A DNA stretch of 11,354 nucleotides from Carcharhinus longimanus (Eukaryota), in the NCBI GenBank assembly GCA_030264375.1. It is one part of the record JASCQW010000072.1 of this genome. One strand, 5' to 3'. Below are positions 1 through 7,827 of this stretch, in pieces; the stretch's first letter is position 1, and every line of letters starts with the position of its first letter. A model generated the notes under the pieces. The model had not been told where the DNA came from. It worked only from the letters and a program-made list of their open reading frames with translations, and made no database searches. Both the position numbers and the translations under genes were made by a program.

Positions 1-5
1 AGTGT

Positions 6-55
6 GAGTGAACGGGGGAGTGAGTGAGTGAATGGGGGAGTGAGTGAGTGCATGG
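6..55. repeat. 20 bp-period GAGT-rich tandem repeat (~2.5 copies), possibly continuing left of the window
   Basis: gagtgaacgggggagtgagt (6-25), gagtgaatgggggagtgagt (26-45), partial gagtgcatgg (46-55). Seen directly. Confidence 0.85.
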
Positions 56-76
56 ATGTGTTGGGAGTGAAAGAGA

Positions 77-985
77 GGGCAGAATTCTCCCAAAAGGAAA
101 CTATAATAGCGAGAATAAGAGAGTGGTCCCCTCCACTCTCTCAAGACGCGTTCCGCACCGCAACCCCCACACATCAGTCACGTTTTCGTAGAGTTGGGAG
201 TTTCATGTTGGTACTATGGGGGTGGAGAAACAGCGACATGCTGGTGAGTCTGGCTTCAAAGTGCTTGGATGCCGTTTTGCAACGGCACCCTTATTTCAAC
301 AGTGCAATGGGAGGCCCCCTCTCCCCTCCTCTCTCCACACCGCCCCCCCCCCCACACACACAGTGATATGTTTCTCCACCCCTTCCCTGACATGGGCCAC
401 TGGCATTGGGGGTTTTCCTTATGTGTCCCCCTGCCTGACATCCAACATGTCCCCATCATGACCCCTGACATGCCTCCCCAACCTCCTTCATGAGCCCCAT
501 CAGGATCAGCTTCATGATCTACTCCTGCATTGCCCCCTATCACAGCCCCTACAGGCCCGCCTCCTGGCATACTGGCAGCTGGAGGGTCAGGTGGGAACTG
601 CCGGTGTGCCAGATTGGCACTGTCCAGTTATGTCTCTGATCACTCGGGGGCTTCGATGGCTTCAGAGTCCCCTGGCATAATCAGCGTACTAGGTCTCCAC
701 TAGAGGGGACCAGTCATGGTTGTCTCCATTATTGTGCCAGGCCTAAAAGCCAGAGACTTCTGTGTGTTGGGATTTGAATGGGCTACACATATGTAAAAGT
801 TACTTTAAATATGCTAATCAGCTTCACATCATTCCTGAACGTAATCCGGTCTGCACCATTAGGAAAAGGCTGTTGAATTGCAAACTGTTTGGTGCTGTGC
901 GGGAATCAGATTTTTAGGCATGTATGCTATTCTCCAGGATCAGTGTGATCTGCTAACAGCGTGGTGAGGTCGGAGAATTGTCCCC
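77..985. mobile_element. Non-autonomous TIR DNA transposon, probably PIF/Harbinger superfamily
   Basis: Left end gggcagaattctcc (77-90). Right end ggagaattgtcccc (972-985), reverse complement ggggacaattctcc, 12/14 match. Both ends are flanked by AGA (74-76, 986-988), a 3 bp TSD. GGG...CCC termini plus a 3 bp TSD fit PIF/Harbinger, although the canonical TSD is TWA. No transposase ORF. Confidence 0.75.
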
Positions 986-996
986 AGAACGTGGGT

Positions 997-1345
997 CAGT
1001 GAGCGTAGGTGAGTGAGTGAGAGGGTGTGAATGAATGGGTGAGTGGGCATTGGGATTGGGTATGCAGTCAGTCAGTAAAGTGATTTGGTCAAGAGGTTGG
1101 TAGGGTTGGGTGGGCACTTGTTTTGAGTGGGTAGTCAGGTCAGGTGGTCGAGGTGGGTGGTCAGGTGGGGATCTGTTGGTTTGGATGGGCGCTCGAGTCA
1201 GATGGGGTAATCAGGTCAGAGGGTTATCAGGTGGGCAGTTGGGTTGGTGGGAATGGTCAGGTCGGATGGTCAGTCAGGTTGGGCTTGTTGGGTCAGGGAT
1301 CAGTGGTGGGAAAGACAGTTGGGTCAGGTCGGGTTGGGTCGGGTC
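997..1345. repeat. Degenerate G/T-rich low-complexity tract: (GAGT)n grading into (GGTCA/GGTCG/GGTTG)n pentamers
   Basis: gtgagtgagtgagaggg near 1010-1025, many ggtca/ggtcg units over 1130-1345, and gggtcaggtcgggttgggtcgggtc at 1321-1345. The motif resumes at 1713 after the LINE insertion. Confidence 0.8.
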
Positions 1346-1713
1346 GAAGATTGAAAGATGATTTCATTGAAACTTAGAAAATATTTACAGGGCATGACAG
1401 GATAGATGTCACAATGTCTCACCTAGCTGATCAATCTGGAAACAGGGCACATAATCTTAAAATAAGGGGCAAGCTACTTAATCCTGGGATGAGGAGGGTG
1501 ATGTATCTTTAAAATTCGCTACCCCCATGGCTGTGGAAGTTCAATCATTGAGCATGTACAAAACAGAAACTGATTAATTTCTGGATACTAACATCAGGGG
1601 ATAGGGAGATGATGAGGAAAAATGGCATAGAGTAGATGATCAGACATGATCAGTTTGAATGGCAGAGCAGGTTCGATGGCCCAAATGCCTACTCCTGCTC
1701 CTATGTTCTTATG
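1345..1713 (+). mobile_element. 5'-truncated CR1-clade LINE (ORF2 C-terminus and 3' UTR), decayed
   Basis: Translates as RRLKDDFIET*KIFTGHDRID...HNLKIRG...L*NSLP...AVEVQSLSMYKTETD*FLD, matching the CR1 motifs RRLRGDLIE, RGHxLK and WNSLP. Ends in the CR1-type tail gcctactcctgctcctatgttcttatg. Contains stops and a frameshift. Confidence 0.9.
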
Positions 1714-2835
1714 GGTCAGGGTGTTGGTTGTGGTGCTCAGTTCAGTTACAATGGATAATCTCCGAATTAGACCAGCTACTAACCAGTGTAACATTTCCTG
1801 GATAATTATCCAGCAAAGTCCTGCATACCTGGTCTGTGTCTCTGGCATTGAGTTCAGTATTGGAGACATTCACGGAGTGTCCTAGACACTGGAAATCAGC
1901 TTGACAAAAGATTAAACTTCCCGGGCAAATACAGAGCATGTGCGCACACCAGAACATCTGTGCAGGGTCCTGACACAATGCAAACCAAGTCCAGATTTTG
2001 CTGCTCTGGATTTCAAACAAACTGGGTCAATACGTTGGAAAACAGTTGTGTGCTTCAGAACATTATATGCAATGACACGGGAGGTTCACAGCTAGAAGAT
2101 GTTTATTAAGAACCCGCAAGGGTAATGCACCTGACACATTATGCAGATACTAACATAACATATATTGATGAGTACAGCAAAAAGTAGGATACGAACTTAC
2201 CCTTCACAGGCATTTTGAATTTACATTTGTGCTTTGTAGAGATGCATTAATGTATGTATAAGCTACATTTTATAATCTCCATTACTGCAAAATACACTTC
2301 ATTATTAAACGGATTTGTTGAAACACATGCACGCTCAACTTGAGAGACTCGGTGACATAGTGAATCCAATCAAAGGATGGGTAATGCACTATAAGTCACC
2401 TCTCATTAATGGGTGAAATAAATTTCAGGACATATTAATGAACCTGAATATGTTCACCATATTATGCACAATGTAGTGCGTCCAAAAATAAATTAATACT
2501 GTACATCTCAAAGGTCACAGACAGTATAAAATAGGCATGTGTATAAATCTGCCCCCATATATTGCACTTTTGCTCCTGTTTCACAGACCAAATTACAATG
2601 CTGTTTTACCTTGAACCTGCAATGCAATTTTCAAAAAATTGGGCAATATTATGTTGCCTTTACTTCTGAAAACTTATAAACACTGCATCTTTAGACACAA
2701 ACAGATTTCATGTTATTCTGTAAATGTATTCAATCTAAATTAACACATTATGATCCAAATATTGTAAGAGTGCATTTTTGCATTCTATTAAGGGAAGATG
2801 TTACAAAAAGCCAATTTGAATGTATTTATGTTTGT

Positions 2836-3183
2836 AACAACTTGTAAACATGTAACATAATAAAATGTCTCAAGAGACTTTGCAGCAGCATAAAGCAGTG
2901 ACACAGAGCTGTATAGGCCAAAAGCTTGGTCAAAGAGGCAGGTTTTTAAGGAGCGCTTCGTAGGAGGAAAAAGAGAAAGAGAGGCTGAGAGGCCAAGAGG
3001 TTGAGAATGGAAATTCTAGAGCTTAGGCCCAAGACAAATGACGGCAATGGTCAGACTTATACAAGCACAGATGTCTTGGAGTATTGTGGGGCTGGAGGGG
3101 ACCCCAGATATAGGAAGGAAAGTAGGCCTGAAAGAATTTGAAAACAAGGATAAGAATTTTACAACTGAGGCATGATTTAACCA
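2836..3183 (-). mobile_element. L2-clade LINE 3' fragment, decayed
   Basis: Minus strand gives KILILVFK (about 3138-3161) and CLGPKL*N (ORF 3016..3267), matching the L2 ORF2 motifs FKILxLVFK and AFSxxGPKLWNSLP. An L2-type tail ends near 2836 (aacaacttg on +). Homologous to 5235-5700. Confidence 0.85.
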
Positions 3184-3618
3184 AAATGGAGATGCATTTT
3201 TATAAACCCAGAGGTGGCGATTATTAGGATGCGATTTCTTTTGGAAAGAAGAAGTAACTTTTGACATGTACTGTGTATAAATTGTATCCTCTATAACTCT
3301 GACCGTGATGCATTGCCCATTGACATCCCCTCACCATGACCTTTCTGACATAATGTACCACACCGGTCCATTGACTCCTGGCAGGAAATTTTCAGTTGCA
3401 CCATCCAGCCTAAAAATTTAAATTGGGTAGAAATGCAAATGCACAGTCACCAAAAGTAATGACATAGGTTCACAAGGTCATAACAATAGCAAACCGAGTA
3501 CTAGGCTTTAGTTCTAAAAAGGATATAACTGAAAAGCAAAGAGGTGATGCTGAATTTGTGTTGAATCTTTGTCAGATCACACACAGGGGTGCAATTTTGG
3601 TCAACTTATTACAGGAAG

Positions 3619-3691
3619 TGGTCAGTGTAGACTCAATGGGCTGAATGGCCTCTTTCTGCACTGCAGGGATTCTATGATCTATGATTCTATG
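3619..3691 (+). mobile_element. Short 3' tail of a CR1/HER1-type LINE or its partner SINE, nested in the older CR1
   Basis: gggctgaatggcc stem-loop followed by (ATTCTATG)-type terminal repeats gattctatgatctatgattctatg. It interrupts the host frame directly after YYRK. Confidence 0.85.
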
Positions 3692-3974
3692 AAGTTATGA
3701 AGGAAAACATACAGAGGCAAGACACTGCAAAAAAACGATTTACAAAGGCAATGCCAAGAATATGGGGCATAACTAACAGGAAAGGATGAACAGGCTGGAT
3801 TTCTTTTCTCTTGGAAAGAGAGGGCCAAGGAATGACTTAATGGTCGTCTTTAAAATCAGGACAGGTTTTGGTGAGTAAAGATAAAGAAAATTGTTCCATT
3901 TGCGTGGAACAGCAAAACTAGAGGACATCAGTGTAAAACCAAAAAATCCAATAGGAACTCAGAAGAAGTTTCTA

Positions 3975-4461
3975 NNNNNNNNNNNNNNNNNNNNNNNNNN
4001 NNNNNNNNNNNNNNNNNNNNNNNNNNNNNNNNNNNNNNNNNNNNNNNNNNNNNNNNNNNNNNNNNNNNNNNNNNNNNNNNNNNNNNNNNNNNNNNNNNNN
4101 NNNNNNNNNNNNNNNNNNNNNNNNNNNNNNNNNNNNNNNNNNNNNNNNNNNNNNNNNNNNNNNNNNNNNNNNNNNNNNNNNNNNNNNNNNNNNNNNNNNN
4201 NNNNNNNNNNNNNNNNNNNNNNNNNNNNNNNNNNNNNNNNNNNNNNNNNNNNNNNNNNNNNNNNNNNNNNNNNNNNNNNNNNNNNNNNNNNNNNNNNNNN
4301 NNNNNNNNNNNNNNNNNNNNNNNNNNNNNNNNNNNNNNNNNNNNNNNNNNNNNNNNNNNNNNNNNNNNNNNNNNNNNNNNNNNNNNNNNNNNNNNNNNNN
4401 NNNNNNNNNNNNNNNNNNNNNNNNNNNNNNNNNNNNNNNNNNNNNNNNNNNNNNNNNNNNN
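3975..4461. other. Assembly gap (487 N)
   Basis: N run flanked by an identical 24-mer on both sides. Confidence 0.98.
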
Positions 4462-4758
4462 ATAGGAACTCAGAAGAAGTTTCTACCAAGAGAGTGGTGA
4501 GAATGTGGAACTCGTTACCACAGGGGATAGTTGAAGTAAGTAAGGCAGATGCGTTTAAGGAATGTTAGATAAGCACATGACAGAGCAAAGAATAGAGTGT
4601 CCTGTGGATAAAGTTAGATGATGAAGGATGGGAGGAGGCTTGAGTGGAGTATAAACGTCAACATGGACTGGTTGGTCCAAATATCCTTCTTCGATGGCCT
4701 GTTTCTGTGCTATATGCCCCACATAACGTAATATGTATTATATAATGTTAAGAGAAAA

Positions 4759-5095
4759 TGGTGGCATAGTGGCAATCTCACCAGACTAGCAACCAAGAGG
4801 CCCAGGCTTATATTTTGGGCTCATGGATTCAAATCTCGCCATGGCAGCTGGTGAAATTTAAATTCAATCAATGAAATCCAGAATTGAAAACTATTCTTAG
4901 TAAATGCAACCATAAATCTATTATCTATTGTTGCAAAAACCCATCTGGCTCACTAATGTCCTTTAGGGAAGGATGTCTGCTGTCCTTACCTAGTCTGGCC
5001 TACATGTGACTCCAGACCCAGCAATGTGGTTGCTCTTCATTGCCTTCTGAAATGCCCTGGCAAGCCACACTACATCCGATGAAATTAAAAAAAAA
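4759..5095 (+). mobile_element. tRNA-derived SINE, near full length with a shortened tail
   Basis: Pol III A box tggcatagtgg (4762-4772), B box-like ggattcaaatct (4825-4836), about 335 bp long, ending in A9 (5087-5095). The body (aaaacccatctggctcactaatgtcctttagggaagga) resembles an abundant shark SINE from recall; the family name is not certain. Confidence 0.85.
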
Positions 5096-5154
5096 CTTAC
5101 ATGTGTACAGACAAAAAGAGTGAAGAGGTGGAAGTAAGCGCAATTTTTTTTCGA

Positions 5155-5222
5155 AACAGCCAGCAGAAGCATGAGTGACAGAATAGTCTCTTTCTGTGCT
5201 GTACATTGCCATGATTCTATGA
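5155..5222 (+). mobile_element. Very short decayed CR1-type 3' tail
   Basis: gacagaatagtctctttctgtgctgtac...atgattctatga parallels gctgaatggcctctttctgcactgcag...attctatga at 3640-3692. Confidence 0.7.
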
Positions 5223-5234
5223 TCCCCATCATCT

Positions 5235-5700
5235 ATCCTCTGTAAACTTCAGCTCAGTTAAATCTGATGCCATTGACCTGTACCGCACCAGCTCCTGTTC
5301 ACCCTATCCTAATGGTGAACAGTCCCCCCAGGCCTCCAATTTAAAAATTCGCAAATGCACGTAGATCATTTCCACACTTTAAGCCATGCTCCTCCCTTAT
5401 TCTGCAACCTCCTCCCACAATCGCTGTTCCTTGAACGTGGCTTTTTATCTTCTGTCCTCCCTCCACATCGGCGTCACAGCTATGCCTTCAGTTGCCCTGA
5501 CTCCAAGCTGGGAAATTTCTCCTTGACCTTCTGCAAAACCCACCTCTTTGAGCAAGCCTACTTGTGACACGAATAAATAAACTTAAACTTAAAAGTCTGG
5601 CTACTGCTCCAAATATCTTCTGCTTTGATTTTGTGAGATGTTGTGATCCAATTATGCCTCCCTATGTTAAGACTGTTATATAAAAGCAAGGTTTTGGTGT
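5235..5700 (+). mobile_element. L2-clade LINE 3' fragment, decayed
   Basis: ORF 5355..5567 has APPLFCNLL, AFSCPDSKLGN and KTHLFEQAY, matching L2 LAPPYLxxLL, AFSxxGPKLWN and LKTHLFxQAF. Tail gttatataaaagcaaggttttg near 5675-5697. Confidence 0.85.
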
Positions 5701-5919
5701 TCACAAAATGATGTCAGATAAAGCATTTTTATTTATGCAGTAAAGTTTGAGTTACTCAAACTGTGGGAGATCAATACCAGGAATAGAATATTTTTAAATG
5801 TTTTGTATCATTTGGCATAACTAAAACTTACACATCTTACGATTTATTCCGAGGTGGAATAAAAGTCCTATACTATCCCAAGCATGTATATTAAACAGTC
5901 ATCAGATAGCACAGAACAT

Positions 5920-5970
5920 TAATATTGCTGATAAAAGAGATAAGTTGTCCAAAATTTTTTGTCTTGCACT
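5920..5970 (-). mobile_element. Distal end of the Penelope-like element, detached by the 5971-7104 insertion
   Basis: tgtccaaaattttttgtcttgcact (5946-5970) joins catcaggaca (7109-7118) to rebuild a hammerhead motif with terminal tgtc/gaca pairing. The left boundary is approximate. Confidence 0.65.
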
Positions 5971-7104
5971 TGGGATGGGAAGATCCCAAAACAGAACACT
6001 GGCTCAAAAGACTATAACTTTTACTTTTTTATAAAACGTGGAGGAACAGAGTCATGGGACCACTAACTAGTTTTAACAATTAAAAAAATTAGATTAAAAA
6101 ACAGTCAACACTATCCCTTTACTGCCCCTACCACCCCACTTTGACAAACACACAGATTTAAAGATTAGTATCAATTTCAAAGTACATTTTAGGCTCCAAT
6201 AAATAGTCTCATTAATACAAAGTCCTTTTAAGCACACAAGATGACTATGGCCAAATGCACTCTCAATTCTGAACCCCAAATGAATGATGTTTCCTCAGAA
6301 TCCTCCTGGATTTTCACAGTCAAAACAGGCTTTAAAATCTTCTCCCATGATACTGCTTTCCCTGATTCTTTTACACTCCAAAATCCAGTCTATGTTTTAT
6401 AAATTACACTTTCGAACAAAGCTCGCACTCCACTTTTAACAGTGAATCTAGTCCAGGATTTTGCATCAACCCCTTTCGGGTTTCTTTGTTGTAAAGTCTT
6501 CTACACAAACTCTGAGATCCAACCATTAATTTAATTGATTATTTCAAATAATGTCTCACAAACCTTAGTGCTACTGCAAATATCTTTCTGGCCTCTCACA
6601 ATCTAATACCTTTTCAAATCCGTGACTTTATTAAACAGTAATATGTTCTTGCGCCTAGTTTCCTCTGTTGTGTGTTGGACTTTAGATAACCATTATTCCA
6701 TGGTATGGTTTTTCTTCTAGCAAGGCTCAGAGAGACATTTCCTCTTTAGCTTTCCAAAACCTACTGCTTCTGGCAGAGCTTTGAGAGCTGCCTTCTTGCT
6801 CCCTGAATATTTACAATTGTTCTGGCTTCCTAAGAACAAAGGAAAACCCTTGTCTATGGGAAGTGTGCTTCCTATTGCTTAGCAATGCCCATGCTACATC
6901 GTAACACTCTCTAAGAACAATAGAACTTAAACAAGTTGGAATTTAACCAAGTCCCACACATACAAACACCTTTTGTTGAGTATGAATCTAACTATAGATT
7001 TTATCCTTCCAGGTACAGAAACATCAAACACACTTAAAACTATANNNNNNNNNNNNNNNNNNNNNNNNNNNNNNNNNNNNNNNNNNNNNNNNNNNNNNNN
7101 NNNN
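5971..7104. mobile_element. ~1.13 kb insertion, probably a solo LTR
   Basis: Defined by interrupting the Penelope sequence. It starts with TG (5971), is flanked by cact (5967-5970) and tact (7105-7108) as a candidate 4 bp TSD, and has no coding signature. The expected CA end would lie in the 60 N gap and cannot be seen. Confidence 0.55.
7045..7104. other. Assembly gap (60 N)
   Basis: N run. Confidence 0.98.
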
Positions 7105-7107
7105 TAC

Positions 7108-7118
7108 TCATCAGGACA
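7108..7118 (-). ncRNA. 5' half of a minimal type I hammerhead ribozyme (other half at 5946-5970); inactive relic
   Basis: Minus strand reads TGTC-CTGATGA. The rejoined sequence is tgtc ctgatga gt-gcaag-ac aaa aaattt t ggaca. GAAA has decayed to AAAA at a CpG. Confidence 0.6.
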
Positions 7119-7152
7119 GACACAAGAATACCAAATTTCAAAGGCAACAACA

Positions 7153-7208
7153 ATTAATACTATATGAGAAAGTGGGTGCTAATTGGCTGGCAAGTTCGTT
7201 CTGATTGG
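7153..7208 (-). promoter_or_regulatory. Candidate Pol II promoter of the Penelope terminal repeat (CCAAT, CCAAT, TATA-like)
   Basis: ATTGG on + at 7204-7208 and 7182-7186, which is CCAAT twice on minus, 22 bp apart. TATTAA on minus at 7159-7154, about 36 bp upstream of the ribozyme. Confidence 0.4.
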
Positions 7209-7463
7209 TCAAGTTGTTGACATGTGAATGTATCATGTAGCTACTGTGCCCCATGCTTTTGTTTATTCAAAAAGGTGCAATGTCTGATTATATACCTTTA
7301 GCCTGCAGAGGTTCCTGTATATCAATATGTGTAACTTCTAGCAAGCCACGTTGTGTACCCTTTGTAATAATCATCAACTGGTCGTTGGTGTAATTGTTAG
7401 CATACTCTGAAACGTGCAGCAAGTGCAACCCCATTGCAGAATTACATACAACATCAGACATTA

Positions 7464-7556
7464 TGTTCCAAGATTTGCAAGAATGGGTGGGCTGTGTGGT
7501 CAGTAGACTGTTATAAGATTTGCAACTATGGGTGAGTTGAGTATAGGTAGTAGTCT
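7464..7556. repeat. 45 bp-period tandem duplication inside the Penelope ORF
   Basis: tgttccaagatttgcaagaatgggtgggctg (from 7464) versus tgttataagatttgcaactatgggtgagttg (from 7509). Peptide TQLTHSCKSYN / TQPTHSCKSWN. Confidence 0.85.
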
Positions 7557-7769
7557 GCCTGTTGTGAACAGCCGAAGGGACATCCTGGTTGATATGGTCC
7601 ACCAGTCATTAAGACACCTTTAAGATCAGCCTTTTGTGTTGATGGGTGACATCTGAATCCCAAAGTTTTGACCTGTTCAAAGGTCAAAATGCTTCACCCT
7701 GAATACTTATTGAGAATGAGACTAGAACATCATTTAAAAAGGGAGAAATGGGGTTGCAGAAGAAAATGT

Positions 7770-7827
7770 CAATACAAGTACAAGGGCAGGATGGTGTTTA
7801 CCTGTGCTGTAATTTCTATTATTCTCT
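7770..7827 (+). mobile_element. Heavily decayed CR1-type 3' tail
   Basis: gggcaggatgg...cctgtgctgtaatttctattattct resembles the tails at 3619-3691 and 5155-5222. Confidence 0.5.

Larger units (their letters stand above)
3435..4735 (+). mobile_element. CR1-clade LINE 3' portion, interrupted by a small nested insertion and an assembly gap
   Basis: Peptide relics KVITIANRVLGF, KSKEVMLNL, VQFWSTYYRK, QERMNRLDFFSLGKRGPRNDLMVVFKI, KTRGH and, after the gap, RVVRMWNSLPQGIVE...AFK, all in CR1 ORF2 order. 3' UTR contains ggcctgtttctgtgct near 4696-4711. Confidence 0.9.
7105..7615 (-). mobile_element. Penelope-like retroelement 3' part: GIY-YIG endonuclease C-terminal region plus terminal repeat
   Basis: ORF 7288..7602 (DHINQDVPSAV...CNSAMGLHLL...YTNDQLMII...LLEVTHIDIQEPL) follows the Penelope endonuclease pattern RIxQH, SAIxxHL, FxIl, LExxxIxxxxPxL. 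It is followed by CCAAT boxes and a CTGATGA hammerhead core. Confidence 0.8.

Noticed and set aside
28-570. Overlapping Pro/Gly-rich ORFs (28..366, 216..461, 256..570, 269..493)
   Set aside because: They result from the C-rich interior of the non-autonomous transposon; no transposase or other domain motif.
1110-1377. Gly/Trp/Val-rich ORFs
   Set aside because: Translation of the GGTCA low-complexity tract; only the last residues belong to the CR1 relic.
2201-2213. MPVKG start resembling CD9
   Set aside because: As I recall, the first CD9 coding exon continues well past these residues, whereas here a splice donor follows immediately; four residues are not diagnostic.
2120-2389. 11 bp direct repeat gggtaatgcac at 2120-2130 and 2379-2389
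   Set aside because: No element ends or tail between them; compatible with chance.
3891-4568. 225 aa and 176 aa ORFs
   Set aside because: Artefacts of reading through N runs. The same applies to 6973..7167, 10165..10698 and 10184..10516.
4759-4845. tRNA gene
   Set aside because: A and B boxes are present but there is no cloverleaf or terminator, and it runs into a SINE body with an A tail.
2836-5700. Inverted L2 pair as a dsRNA-forming structure or composite element
   Set aside because: Both copies are heavily and independently decayed; two opposite insertions of a high-copy family is the simpler explanation.
5899-5905. Additional CTGATGA on the minus strand as a second hammerhead core
   Set aside because: No stem II or GAAA follows; a 7-mer is expected by chance.
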